A stretch of 64,000 nt of DNA from Felis catus (taxonomy: Eukaryota): positions 25,236,001 to 25,300,000 of the forward strand of contig NC_058368.1 in the NCBI RefSeq assembly GCF_018350175.1, given 5' to 3'. The position numbers and the translations under genes are program-made. The notes below the pieces were generated by a model. The model had not been told where the DNA came from and made no database searches. It worked only from the letters and a program-made list of their open reading frames with translations. Each line of letters opens with the position of its first letter. Within the stretch, counting starts at the first letter, position 1. This document shows, piece after piece, positions 50,736 through 63,320 of the stretch.

Positions 50736-51841
50736 ACTGCTGAGCACCACAGAAATGTAAGGTGTTATCGACAAGAGTAGGTTTTGCTAATGGCAGAATT
50801 CTGAGGTGTATTCAAAAAGTGGTGAACAGGTGGGATGTGTCCTGGAGAAGAGGTAACAATTGCAGCAATGAATTAAAAAAAAAAAAAAAATCACGATAGC
50901 TACTTCTAAAGACACCCAAAGCATCTCACCTTAAGTACATTGCAACGCTCTCCAAATATCAAGTCCTCATTTCTCAGGCTCTTTTCACAATTTTACAGAT
51001 AGAGAAGATAGAAAACAAGTCAGGTTATCTGCATTATGTCTTCGGGCGTAGAGAGAAATATAATTGGCACGGTGTATAATGTTGGCTGGAATTCTTCAAG
51101 ACCCAAAGAGCTAGATAAATAGAAGGCACAGTTCTATGCCATTAACTTTGCAATAAGCACATGTCATTAACTTTGTAAGGATGTGCTTAATCTTCTAGAT
51201 AGTGAGGGTGCAGGGACATTCTGCAATCAGAACCTTATTTACTTTAAATAAATCCAGCCTCCGTGGTTTTCGTGTTTCCCAACTGGGAAAGCACAGTCGC
51301 TCTTGTGGCCGAAGCTGAGACCAGAATGAACGTCACTGTGGGCAGTACGGCCCGTTTCCTTGTCAGTTTAAGGTCCCTTGACCCTAGATTTCTGGGACGA
51401 TTGGCCACAGTCACTAAGGAATGGATCTTGAGAGGTCCTCTCCAGCCAATGGGGGCCTCTATCACAGCAGGATTCTGTTCTAGAACACATTATTACGGGA
51501 ATTGTGGTCATAATCAACAGTGTATATCCCAGTCTTGAGAAGAAAACAAACACTGAGCTCCAGTTTTGTGTTAGGCCCTGAGCTGAGCATTCTACCCACC
51601 GAATTAACTTCACCCTCGCAACACTGACTTAATAAAGTGTTGTCGTAATTGCCAATTTACAGATGGAGGAGTAAACTCAAGACTCTAAGTTAAATGAACG
51701 GTGCCGGTTTACCCACGAGGTCACAAATCCAGTCCTGGCTGCCCGAACGTGTATGTGTGAAACACACACATAGGAAATCGCCAAGGATTTATCAAAGCAC
51801 TTGCAGTAGTCACGGGGGTGAAGATCGTTTTTTTGTTAACT

Positions 51842-51880
51842 TCTTTTTTTAATTTTTTTACCGTTTTTTATTTATTTTTT

Positions 51881-51912
<32 letters not shown>

Positions 51913-52082
51913 ATGAGCGGGGGAGGGGCAGAGAGAGAGGGAGGGAGTCACAGAATCCAAAGCAGTCTCCAGGCTCTGAGCTGTCAGCCCAGAGCCTGAC
52001 GCGGGGCTCAAACCCACAGACCGTGTGATCATGACCTGAGCCGAAGTCGGTCGCTCAACCGATGGAGCCAGCCAGGCGCCCC
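51842..52082 (-). mobile_element. Can-SINE
   Basis: TSD tgttaacttctt. Confidence 0.92.
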
Positions 52083-52349
52083 TGTTAACTTCTTATTATG
52101 GAAAATTTCGAACATATACAAAAAGAGAAGAGCCCGATAAATGTCCACATACCCCTCCCCCAGCCTCACAAGGCCAGACCACTCTTGTTTCATCTGTACA
52201 TCCACCCAACTTCACAACCACCCCCACCCCGCCACTGGGTTATTTTAAAGCAAAGTGTAGACATCCTGTTATTTTACCTATAAATACGTGAATGTGCGTC
52301 TTTTTAACAAAGCATCAATACCATTATTATCCCTTTAAAATTTAATACT

Positions 52350-52575
52350 GGGGGCGCCTGGGTGGCCCAGTTGGTTAAGCATCTGACTCTTGATTTCAGC
52401 TTCATGATCTCTCGGTTCAATGAGGTCGAGCCCCACGTTGGGCTCTGCACTGACAGTGAGGAGGCTTCTTGGGATTCTCTCTCTCTCTCTTTCTCTCTCT
52501 GTCCCTCCTCTGCTTGTGCTGTCTCTCGGTCTCTCTCAAAAATAAATAGAGGTTTCAAATACAATACAATACAAT
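52350..52575 (+). mobile_element. Can-SINE
   Basis: Head ggggcgcctgggtgg, (CT)n tract and (AATAC)n tail. Confidence 0.9.
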
Positions 52576-55500
52576 ACATTTAACACTAATCACTTAATAC
52601 CAGCAAATACTGAGTCAGGGTTCAGATTCCCCCAGTTGTCTTTATTTTCTGATCGGTTTCAATCAGAGATACGCGTCTTCATCCAACCGAACGTCCGAAA
52701 AGGAATCACTAGCCCTTTATCCTGTTTATCACTGTTCCGAGTATCCATGATGGCTGTTAAATCATCATATTCAGCTGCCTTTATTCTGCCTGGGCTCCCC
52801 CAGGAACTTCTGACTGCTCCCTCAGCAGAAATGCACTAAATAAAAAACCTTAATGTGTAGGTGGTGGATCCCTAGCTGTGCACAGTCTGGATATTTGGGC
52901 CCTTATCCCTGTGCATGCCGTCAGGTCCCTCTTACCCTCTGACCTTGGTTTTCACATCTGTGCAACGGGGATCAGTGACATCACCTCTTGGTCTAACTTT
53001 CCCTGGCCCAGTGATGGATCCGTGTTTGTTAATGGGCACCGCCATAGCCCCAGCTGTCCTTTTTACCAACCAACCTTAACATCTTGTCCCCTCCTTTAAA
53101 TGGCCAGCGCTTCCCACGCAGACCCTGTGCCTTCTCTGTTACACGCCCGCAGCACCCAATCCAGAAAATGTTGACAGACTAATAGGTCGCCATGACTTCC
53201 TTCCCCGGGAAACCAAATCCTCCTCTCATGACTGAGTCCTGTATCTTCCCTCCTATTCCCAGACAGAATCAAGGAGGAGGTCAAGGCCAGTGTTGCCTCA
53301 TGGCCTACTATCTTAGATACAACACAAAAACGTTTAACAACGTTTAATAGTCATGTATTTACTTTAATGGCGATTGGAAGAACATACCTATTTTATCAAA
53401 CTCACAATCCTATGGATAGTACTAAGATGAGGCTAAAGCAAGTCAGCACCTTCCCCTGCAAGTGAGAAGATTTGAGGAAAAATACCAAATATGCAGGCAT
53501 TTCAGAGACGCCAAGAACCCTGATTAAACTTTGAGAAAACGTTAAGACCAAACAAATTCTTTCTTCCCCAATTCCAGTCAGACCTAGCTGGATTTAGTCC
53601 GTAAAGAAAGGCTCCCTCTTGGCCTTGTGAAAACAAGGTCACCTCGCCCTAAATATATGTCTACTCTGAATGTTCTTGTAACAATTCTTCATCCACATTT
53701 ATGTTGATTAATCAGCTAACATTAATCGGGAATCTAGTCTCAGACCCCACCCGCCTCCAAGGAACTTCCAGTCAGTTTGAAAATGCAGTGAATAGTACCA
53801 ACCATCGCTGGGTGCAAATGAGGGCAGTCAAAGAGGAGCATACGTTAATGCAGGCTGTAAGATGTGGGGATCAAGGGACCGGGTGTCACAAAACCCAAAA
53901 AGAGTCCCGGCTCGACGCCGTCTGGGTGCGTGACCTGTACAAAATCGTTTCACTTCTGTGCCGACATTTCCATATCCAGAAAGTGTGGATGCTAACACGA
54001 TTCAGAGCCACGCTGGGTTTCTACAATGACCAGCTGTAGAGGGTGCCATTCACCACTGTTGTTGCCATGCACAACCTGTACCCCCATCCACGGCAACCTC
54101 GCTGACATCTGACCTGTTTCAGGGAGTTTGTTTGTAGAGTTCAGCAATGAAGGGACAACGTGTGACATTTTCTTTGTTTATAGAGAGCGACCGAGATGAT
54201 GACTGCAAATTGAAAAAGACAAGTTGCTTAGATTTCCTTAGCAGAGGATTTCTAGAACAAGGAAAAGGAAATAGCACTTACTGAATGAGTATTATGTGAG
54301 GATAGGCTAGTTGAGTTCCATATTCATGTGTAATATCTTACAGAGAAGAGCTATCATGTTTTATATAAAATCACAGAGCCAGCAAGGGGCAAGAGGCAGG
54401 GTTTAAAACAGGATATCTGACTCCAAACCACATACTTATTCTTGCTGTTCACAGGGCCCAGATGTTTTACTTCGCATGTGTTGGTATCATTACTGTGCTG
54501 AGCTTCTCTTCTGCCCTGTCCCATTTCCCGCCCCAGAGAGATAAATTACAGTTCTCTGAGGGCAGTGGCCTATCCCCCTCCCCTTTTTTTTTTGACATGC
54601 CTAGACATGGAAACTAGAACAGCACGCTTCCCTTACAGCGGAGGTATAATGAGTCCTTGCGGGTGAACTAATCCACCGAAATGCACTGAAAAGCAAGAAG
54701 GCGATCAGATTGAACCCCATGAACCTGTCGTCACTTTCGGCCTGCCAAAGTGGTGATTTCATTTGTCTTTGTATAGTTAGCGTCTTTGGTGAAGCCCTAT
54801 GTTCATTTCGATTCATATTTGTAAACTGCACAGCTGTGACCGTGCGATGGCCAATCTCTAGCAGTGGGGTTTTCCCCTGTGAATTCCGCAAAACCCCAGG
54901 TCAATCCGTGTAGCCCTTAAAGGGGGCTGGCCCCTGCACGTGAGCATGCTGGTTTTCCTATCACCATCTTGAACATATAATCCAATGAGGGTAGCGGCCC
55001 CGAATTCCCAGTGGCTTTGGGCTCAAAAGTCCCATCTTTGAGTGCTCTTGAGAGAGTCACTTAGCTTCTCTGAATGTCACCTCTAAAATGAACCTAAACG
55101 TAACTGCTCTGCCTGCTTCCTGGTGTGAAAGGCCAAGAAGTGGGAGACAAGCAGTCATAAGGACCAAACACGTGGCCCGTTATGCTGGTGAGGCTTGAAT
55201 GTTCCTGGCCTAAAGCACTATAGCAAATGCTGAATGTATTTCTTTACCAAAGTTTGGGCTTTCCTAGGAGCGAGCGTCTGAGCTAAGCAAACACAGGAGG
55301 AACAAAACCCCAGGATGACTCAGCCCATGTTTGAAGCCAGCCCCTTCTCAGTAGGTCTCCACAGCCAGGGGTATCACTAGTTGGGTATCATGGACGACAC
55401 TGATCTGCGCTTGATGTCCTTGAGGTCCGCCGAGAGGTCTGGGCCTTTCAGAACTCTGAAAGGCTCTTCTAAGTCTGGGAGGTAGAGCCTATGGCAGCAT

Positions 55501-55887
55501 GATTCTAGTCCCCAGAGCAGCCATGACCAACATTTCCCATGAAGGAGAGATTGTCCCTTCCCTAATCTATGGGAAATGTCCTCCGGTATGGATACAGACC
55601 CAGAAGGGGAAAGAGGAGAAGTGTGGCTTCTCCTTGAAAGGATGGACGCGGGAAGGGGAATACAGTTGGCCGTGGGGCTCATCAGACCTTTCCATCACCT
55701 TGTGAGGAAGACAACCGAGAGACTCTGCCCTCAGGAGCACCATGCTCCCAGCTGAGACCTAAGACGCCTTAGTGCCAGGGGTCCAGAAAGGGTCCTGGGC
55801 ACAGACATCTCTCTCACAGAGCCTGAATCCCACCTGCGAATGGAAATCCCTCCGTAGCATCAGACCTGGCCCTCTCCCCGGCATCTC

Positions 55888-56080
55888 CTTTTTATTTAAT
55901 TTTTTTCAGTGTTTATTTTTGAGAGAGAGAGAGTGGGGGAGGGGCAGAGCACGAGGGAGACACAGAATCCGAAGCAGGCTCCAGCACAGAGCCCAATGCA
56001 AGGCTCGAACCCACAAACCATGAGATCATGACCTGAGCCGAAGCTGGACACTTAAACTGCTGAGCTGCCCAGGCAACCCC
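55888..56080 (-). mobile_element. Can-SINE
   Basis: TSD gcatctccttt. Confidence 0.9.
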
Positions 56081-57475
56081 AGCATCTCCTTTGTCAATGC
56101 AAGTGGTCTTGCAAGGAAAATGCTCGAAATCACCAACCACTGAGTGCCTTTGTCAGATCACTGGCCTCCAGCAAAAGGAGAACATGGAGGAAGAATGGCC
56201 AATAGGAAGGTGGGGGGGGGGGGGAGGGCAGGGAACAAAGGGGGAGATCCATGGAGTTTCTAAGGACCAGGACTCTCTGAGTGGGACTTTCCAGGGTGCA
56301 GTGTCTGAGGTTGGTGGCCTTCCATCTAAAGCGTTTGGGGAGGACTGGACAGTAACTAGGCAGGTGTAGCTGACGTACTCTAGAGTGCTCTCTGCTCCTG
56401 GAAAACTACGGCTACCACAGACCAGAAGAGGCGTTCAAATGCCCCAGCAGACTCAAAACCTATTGACCAGGTTTTTTTAAACACCTACTTTCCCAGCATT
56501 ATTGAGGGTTACAGCAAAGAACATGGGCCACCTGAGGTATTTTTCAGGTACGTGAAGCTGAGATCCCCAGGAGGCCGAAAGGAAGGGCTGGGTAGGCTGC
56601 TAATTTTCAGATGAAGGGACAAGGGCCGAGTGTCATCCTACTGTGAAATTAACTCAGCTGCCTAGTACCCCGATATGGCCGACGTTGGTTTTGATAAATG
56701 CTAACAGGTAAGAGGATGATTCCCAGGCCCATGTGATCGATTTTGAGAGAATTATACAGTTGACAGCAATAAGGAAAAGATGCCATCATAGGTGATCAAA
56801 TAAATGTCAGCAAATTGTTTAACATGCAATCTCCTGAGATCTTCCTCCTAAAAGTTACTCAAATGGGGAGAGACGTGGGTATTGTGGGCAGATTCCATAG
56901 CTCCCTGTTCTTGAAGAACAAGCCCTAACAAAGGAGAATGGGAATAAGAGGCTTGCACGGGGCACTGGAGGGTGCTGTTGGAGCTCGATCTGGTCTGGTG
57001 TAGACCCTTCGTTAATGATCCAGCCATAAACAATGCCTTCACGAGACACACTGCTAGCACTCATTGGGGAAATAAGGAAGCCCGCGAGAATGGAATCGTT
57101 ATGTGCAAAGGGAACCAGGTCAGATGGCTCGGGCAGGAAATAGCATTGATGGCTGGCAAGTTAATGCGCTGTTGGGAAATAGATCAGAAAACACAAATAT
57201 TTAATGTGAGAAGAAAAACTGGAAATCAATAAGACCTGAAAAGACCTGAGGGTGAGAACAAATAGTGAACCACCGGCACTTGCCGGGTAATTGAGAAGCC
57301 CAAATGCCCAACGCGATTGGGAGGCCCGAGGCACTTTCTGGAGACACAGAGCTGCTGTCGAAATTCCCTTCTAAACAAGACGGACCAGATCCCAGAATAA
57401 AGCAGCGTGTGGCTGACACCCTCAGGGAGCTAAGGACAAGCAGTTGGGATGCAGAGAGAGGAGGTGCTATTTCCT

Positions 57476-57695
57476 TACTTTTTTTTTTTTTCAACGTTTA
57501 TTTATTTTTGGGGACAGAGAGAGACAGAGCATGAACGGGGGAGGGGCAGAGAGAGAGGGAGACACAGAATCGGAAACAGGCTCCAGGCTCTGAGCCATCA
57601 GCCCAGAGCCTGACGCGGGGCTCGAACTCACGGACCGCGAGATCGTGACCTGGCTGAAGTCGGACGCTTAACCGACTGCGCCACCCAGGCGCCCC
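57476..57695 (-). mobile_element. Young felid Can-SINE
   Basis: Perfect 18-bp TSD gaggaggtgctatttcct at 57458-57475 and 57696-57713. Confidence 0.95.
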
Positions 57696-58427
57696 GAGGA
57701 GGTGCTATTTCCTAAGAGCGAGAGAAGAAACAGGGAGCTGAGAAGCGGCCAGGCCCAGCCTGGTGGCACATGCCTGGCGTGTGACCGAGTGAGAGTGGGC
57801 ACTGGCCTGGGCTCAAAGCCCCTAACTCTAGCTCTGCCGTTACTAAAGGGGCGGCTGCGGTTCCCGGCTCCCACGCCTGTACAATCTATACCTCACACTC
57901 GCACGGCCTAGTGCCTGCCACACGATCGAATCAGCGCTCGATATGGTCGATATGGCCCCAGAACAAGCTTGAGCCTCCTTAAGCCACACCCCCCCCCCCC
58001 CCCCCCGGTTTTATTCCCCTTCTCTGCTCCTTCACGCTGGCCTGTTTCTGGGAGCTAAGCAGGAAGAGTTACGTCAGGTGTAGATTCAAGACGTTTTCCA
58101 ACCTCTCCGTCACATGATCCCGATTTCAGACCCTATTCCTGCCCCCACCCCCAGGTTGGCACCCTTTTCCCGTCCCTTAGTGATGCAGAGAGTGATTTAC
58201 GTGGGCTGTGAACAAACCAAAGGAGCAAACGCACCCTCGGGGGGAGTAGTGGTCAGCAGAACTACGTGGCATTTCAGTGGATAGAATCAGACCTAAAACA
58301 AGTTCCTAAGAGCCGTAGGAACCCTACGGGGAAACCATGCCGTCTGATGACCAGGACGAAGTTTTGTATTCTAAGCTTCATGAGCTGAAACTGATGAAGT
58401 GGCTGCCCATTACAAAGTTATAAGGAC

Positions 58428-58638
58428 AGACTCCTGGGTGGCTCAGTCGGTTAAGCGACTCAGGTCATGATCTCACAGCTCGTGAGTTCGAGCCCCGCAT
58501 CAGGCTCTATGCTGACAGCTCAGAGCCTGGACTCTGCTTTGGATTCTGTGTCTCCCTCTCTCTCTGCCTCTCCCCCGCTCATTATCTCTCTCTCTCTCTC
58601 TCTCAAAAATAAACATTTTAAAAGTTAAAAAAAAAAAA
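58428..58638 (+). mobile_element. Can-SINE
   Basis: TSD aaagttataagga. Confidence 0.9.
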
Positions 58639-58789
58639 GTTATAAGGATAACTTGAAAACAAATAGCTGGGATGTTTTTGTGTCCTGTTTCTCCCTCCTG
58701 CTGAACATACTTGCCTAGATTGTTACCTGTTGAAAGAATGCTGAAGGTTTTCTTTCTAATCCTATTCTTCTGAAAATCCTTGAGATGGC

Positions 58790-59012
58790 TTTTTTTTTAA
58801 TTTTTTTTAACGTTTTTATTTACCTTTGAGACAGAGAGAGACAGAGCGTGAGCAGGGGAGGGGCAGAGAGAGAGGGAGACACAGAATCTGAAGCAGGCTC
58901 CAGGCTCTGACCTGTCAGCACAGAGCCCGACGCGGGGCTCGAACTCACAGACTGTGAGATCACGGCCTGAGCTGAAGTCGGACGCTTAACCAACTGAGCC
59001 ACCCAGGCGCCC
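58790..59012 (-). mobile_element. Can-SINE
   Basis: TSD gaga(t/c)ggcttt. Confidence 0.92.
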
Positions 59013-59034
59013 CGAGACGGCTTTAGAAGACGTA

Positions 59035-59290
59035 TGTATAATTTTACTATATATAATTATATAGTTTATATTATATATGTAATTTTACATTAAATATGTT
59101 ATATGTATATATACATATTAGCTATGTATTTATATCTATACATATCTATATAGATATCTATATATAGTATATATATCTAGATAGATATATCTGTAGCTAT
59201 CTATATCTATCTATCTATTTATCCATATCTATCTATTTAGATAGATAGATCTATATATATATCTGGATAGAGATAGATAGATAGATATGA
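59035..59290. repeat. Degenerate (TA)n/(ATAG)n/(CTAT)n low-complexity tract in CBY2 intron 2
   Basis: Read directly. Confidence 0.9.
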
Positions 59291-60104
59291 TGCCCACTGA
59301 TGATCGATCCTGTCCCTACACATCCCCGTATGTAGCTTTCAGGTAGTTACCTCTGCACCGGATTCCTCCACCCTACATTTCAGCCCCCCTGGTTGCACCG
59401 CCATCATCTTCCAACAGGCCCTCAGGTGACTCTGAAGAAGTAAGGCCGCCCCCTTTGTGACATAGCAGCAGTGGAAACAATCCAGTCAGGAGAACCCCAC
59501 CGAGGAAATGGCTGCTTAGCAGGAGGAGACCTCAGACTCTCCGGCCTGCCAACGCTTCACCCATTCATTGGCCTCCGGCCTGAGTCCCCCTTCCACTCTA
59601 CCTTTGGTGTGCGGCAGGCCCCGAATCTCTTGACATCTCCAAAGCACCATGTACCTTTTGGCCCGCGTCCTAGCTTTTCTGCTTAACGGATTCGGTCGTG
59701 TGAATTTGGTTCCAGGTCCCAGTGCTCGTTCTCGTTCTCCCCCACCCCACCCGACCCCTCAGAATTCCAGGGTGGATGTACAACAGCAAGCCCCAAAAGA
59801 TCTAAGTCTGAGAAGAAGGGCTTATTCCAGAGCGTCATGGAAACTTTAAGTGTTGTGATGACTGGAAGGTCTTACCAGGTCGCCAAACCCGCCTTCCTCA
59901 TTTGAGGGATGACAAGCCCAAGGCCCAGAGTGGCTAAGCAACCGCCCCCGCCCTCCCCGCCGCCACTGCCCGGCACACGGCTGGTTGGCAGCTTGAATCT
60001 GAGGCCTTGACTATGTTGCTTATGCTACCTATCTTGCCAAAGTTTGGAAAGCGGTGAGTTGTTCTGGCTACAACTAAGTTACACCCTTCTGTGAATATCC
60101 CTAC

Positions 60105-60185
60105 CTGAGGGAGAACCACGTTGATGGGAATTTCTAGGCTTTCAGACCTGGTATCTCTTTTTCTTGTAAAATTTGGCCTTGAGTG
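60105..60185 (-). CDS. CBY2: CBY2 coding exon 2, 81 nt, phase 0-0
   Basis: Translates to [27 protein letters not shown]. It is preceded by a pyrimidine tract and acceptor (ttttctcttttccacag) and followed by the donor CAG|GTAGGG. Confidence 0.93.
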
Positions 60186-60371
60186 CTGTGGAAAAGAGAA
60201 AATAAGACAATTTCTGCTTCCTAGCCCGTCCTCTGAGCCTCAGTTGCTCACCTGAAAAACAAGAGACTTTCTACTCACTTAGCCCCTCTCGTCACTTATG
60301 TACATTATGAAAATCTGAGTCTGAAAGCATATGAAGATGGCATCTGATGAGATGTGATTTTAAGAAATTAA

Positions 60372-60594
60372 GGGGCGCCTGGGTGGCGCAGTCGGTTGAG
60401 CGTCCGACTTCAGCCAGGTCACGATCTCGCGGTCCGTGAGTTCGAGCCCCGCGGCGGGCTCTGGGCTGACGGCTCGGAGCCTGGAGCCTGTGTCCGATTC
60501 TGTGTCTCCCTCTCTCTCTGCCCCTCCCCCGTTCATGCTCTGTCTCTCTCTGTCCCAAAAATAAAGAAATGCTTTAAAAAAAAAAAAAAAAGAA
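60372..60594 (+). mobile_element. Young felid Can-SINE in CBY2 intron 1, antisense to the gene
   Basis: CpG-rich copy; TSD aagaaatt(a/g)ag. Confidence 0.95.
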
Positions 60595-60708
60595 AAGAAA
60601 TTGAGACACATTGGGGTCAAGGGCCGCCAAAAAGTCTTAGGAGCAGAGATGCCCAAACCTATTACCTTTGCTAAGATTATTACTTCCACCTCAAGTAAAA
60701 AGCCATAG

Positions 60709-60783
60709 CAGTGTTAGGTGCCGGGTATAGGTCCTGTGCAGGAGTTGGTCACCAAAACACTCAGAACATTCCAGAGGTGACAT
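60709..60783 (-). CDS. CBY2: CBY2 (SPERT) coding exon 1, 25 codons; the splice donor is non-canonical (CT) in this sequence
   Basis: The reverse complement translates to [25 protein letters not shown], matching the recalled N-terminus of mammalian CBY2/SPERT. ATG is at 60783-60781. The next bases are CTATGG, not GT. Confidence 0.88.
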
Positions 60784-61084
60784 CACAAAACAATATGGTG
60801 TTTTTAAGGGCTCATGGTCTCTCTGAGTATCACAGGTGGGAATGAGGCATCTAACAGTCAGAAGGAGCTCACCCTGGTTGTGTCCAGCTTACTGATCAAG
60901 GTGAATGTGACACACAATAATCCAAACGCCAGCCCCCTGTTTGGTCATCCTATTTACCTCCCCACTGCCCAGATGGGCCGAGAGCCCTATCCTCTCTCTA
61001 AAGGTAGCATCTCTACTTGGAGTTGTATCACTCAAGAAGGAAGACACCAAAACTGAACTCATTCCAGACCAAAGGAAGATATGT

Positions 61085-61885
61085 AGCCTGAGATATTTTC
61101 TGCCACCAACCAATTCTCCAATTCTTTGAGGCCAACTGGCTGTCCTATATTCAATTCAATTCTGACACGTTCTACCTGGAGTTGGTGTCGGGTCACCTAA
61201 GTTGAAAGGCTCAGTCCCACAAGACAGCCCCCACTTCAGACACCAGTTGTAACTCCCAGGCCACCAGTGTTTCTGACTGACCAGCTATGAATTGGGGGTT
61301 CCCACAACCCCCCCCCCGCCTCAGCTTTAGTAATCTGCCAGGATAGCTAACAGAACTCAGGAAAACACTTTATTTACCATTAGTTTTATTATAAAAGATA
61401 CAGCTCAGGAATAGCCAAATGGAAGATGCTTAGGGCAAGGTATGGGGGGAGAAGGACACGGAGCTTCCATACCCTTGCAGAGGACATCACCCTCCCAGCT
61501 CCTCCGTGTGTTCACCAACGCAGAAGCTCTCCTAACCCTATCGTTTAAGGGTTTGTATAGAGGATTCATTACCTGGCAGTGGTTGATTAAGTCGTTGGCC
61601 TTTGGTGATTGAAAATTTCCATCCCAACCCCTCCCTTTCCCGGGGGTAGAGGGATGCTGAGAGTTACAACCCTCCAATCACATGATTGCACATGGTCGAT
61701 TCCTCTGGCAGTGTCCATCCTGAAGCCATCTAAGGGCCACCAAGAGTCCCTTCATTACCATAAACTCAGATGTGTCTTAGACAGGCACCTTATGAATAAT
61801 AAAAGGCACTTCTACCACTCGGGAAATTCCCAGGGTTTTAGGACCTCTGTGCCAGGAACTGGGAACAAAACCCAAGACCACAGTG
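61085..61885 (-). mobile_element. MER21-like LTR about 300 bp upstream of the CBY2 ATG, in the same orientation as the gene
   Basis: Minus strand reads gttcctggcacaga...cctaaaaccctgggaattt...cttcaggatgg...aatcaccaaaggccaacgacttaatcaacc...ggagagcttc. Confidence 0.75.
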
Positions 61886-61988
61886 TTGACGTCCAGGCTT
61901 CATGAAAGGGGTAGCCCGGCCCCCTGGCCGCATTCTGTCAAGTCATTTGCCTCTACAGACTATTACTGGGAGCCTTCTTGTGTTTCTT

Positions 61989-62226
61989 TTTTTTTTTTTT
62001 TATTTTTAAAAAAATTTTTTTTTCAACGTTTATTTATTTTTGGGACAGAGAGAGACAGAGCATGAACGGAGGAGGGGCAGAGAGAGAGGGAGACACAGAA
62101 TCGGAAACAGGCTCCAGACTCTGAGCCATCAGCCCAGAGCCCGACGCGGGGCTCGAACTCACGGACCACGAGATCGTGACCTGGCTGAAGTCGGACGCTT
62201 AACCGACTGCGCCACCCAGGCGCCCC
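61989..62226 (-). mobile_element. Young felid Can-SINE upstream of CBY2
   Basis: Perfect 16-bp TSD ccttcttgtgtttctt. Confidence 0.95.
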
Positions 62227-63263
62227 CCTTCTTGTGTTTCTTAGCCTCTTATTAGGCAGAGAGCTCCAATGGCACTACTATGCCAGGTTTGGGGGAAAGA
62301 ACAGTGGACCAGGGTCAGCAGATCCAGGGACACCGTAACTACCCACTGGAATCTTCCACACCCAGATTACAAGCAAGCCTTGCTTTAAGAAAATCCAATG
62401 TACAAAAATTCAAAGATATATGTATGGAAAAAACACGAAGGTAATTAATCACATTATCAAAGAATTGACTGCTCACCTCCCATAGGTTCAGAGGAGCGCC
62501 TTCCTCCCACAGGAGGCACTTCTAAGGCCAAGGAACACGAGCTCTGCCCCGTAAGGTTCTTCACGGACAAAGAAACCAGCTAATAAGCCTGAGGTGTTTA
62601 ATTACTATTATATATGTGCATATAAGAAATTATTCACATTCGTTAGTATTTTTATTTTCAAGGGAGGAACTTCTCTAAGTGATTCTTTTTTAATGTAATT
62701 TTCTAATTGTGGTCATAAACGCCCCACCCCATTTAAGTTCCTCTTGGCTTTGTACAGTGATTCCCCCAGATTATACCCATGATCTCAGGGGAAACTGAGG
62801 GTATGGTTCATTCCTAGAAGGGAAGTCTTGCTGTCGGATGATCACGAAAACTCCCAGGGTCCAGATAATGGTGGAAATCCTCCCTTTTCCCATTTCAGTG
62901 CCAAGTGGCCCAGTGGAGTCCTCCTCTGATGGGTGCCCAGGGGCCCTTCTCTTTGTGGGCTCCCTCCTTCCTCACCTCTGCCTTGGTCCTTGGCCTTTTT
63001 CTGCTCAGCAGCTGGGCTCCGGGTGAAGGGGCAGCTACGGTATCTGTGGCTGACAGTGATGGCTCTCACAGCATAACAGTGAGTATGACCTGACCACAGA
63101 CACTCCCTCCTGTCCTTCGAGGGGGGTTGCTGAGGGGAGGGACGAAAACAAAAGGGCACAGGGACTGTCCTACTACATTAGCATAACAAGAACTTCTTTT
63201 ATTGAACCCAGAGAAAGAGCACCGATCAGAATAAATGAGGATGCAATTAGCAAGGTCACAGAC

Positions 63264-63275
63264 GCTGACGTCAGC
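63264..63275. promoter_or_regulatory. Perfect CRE palindrome (GCTGACGTCAGC) about 2.5 kb upstream of the CBY2 ATG
   Basis: TGACGTCA at 63266-63273. Function is inferred only. Confidence 0.35.
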
Positions 63276-63320
63276 AGGCCATGCGCAAATCTGAAGGCCA
63301 AGAAGGAGTTCCCGGGCCGT

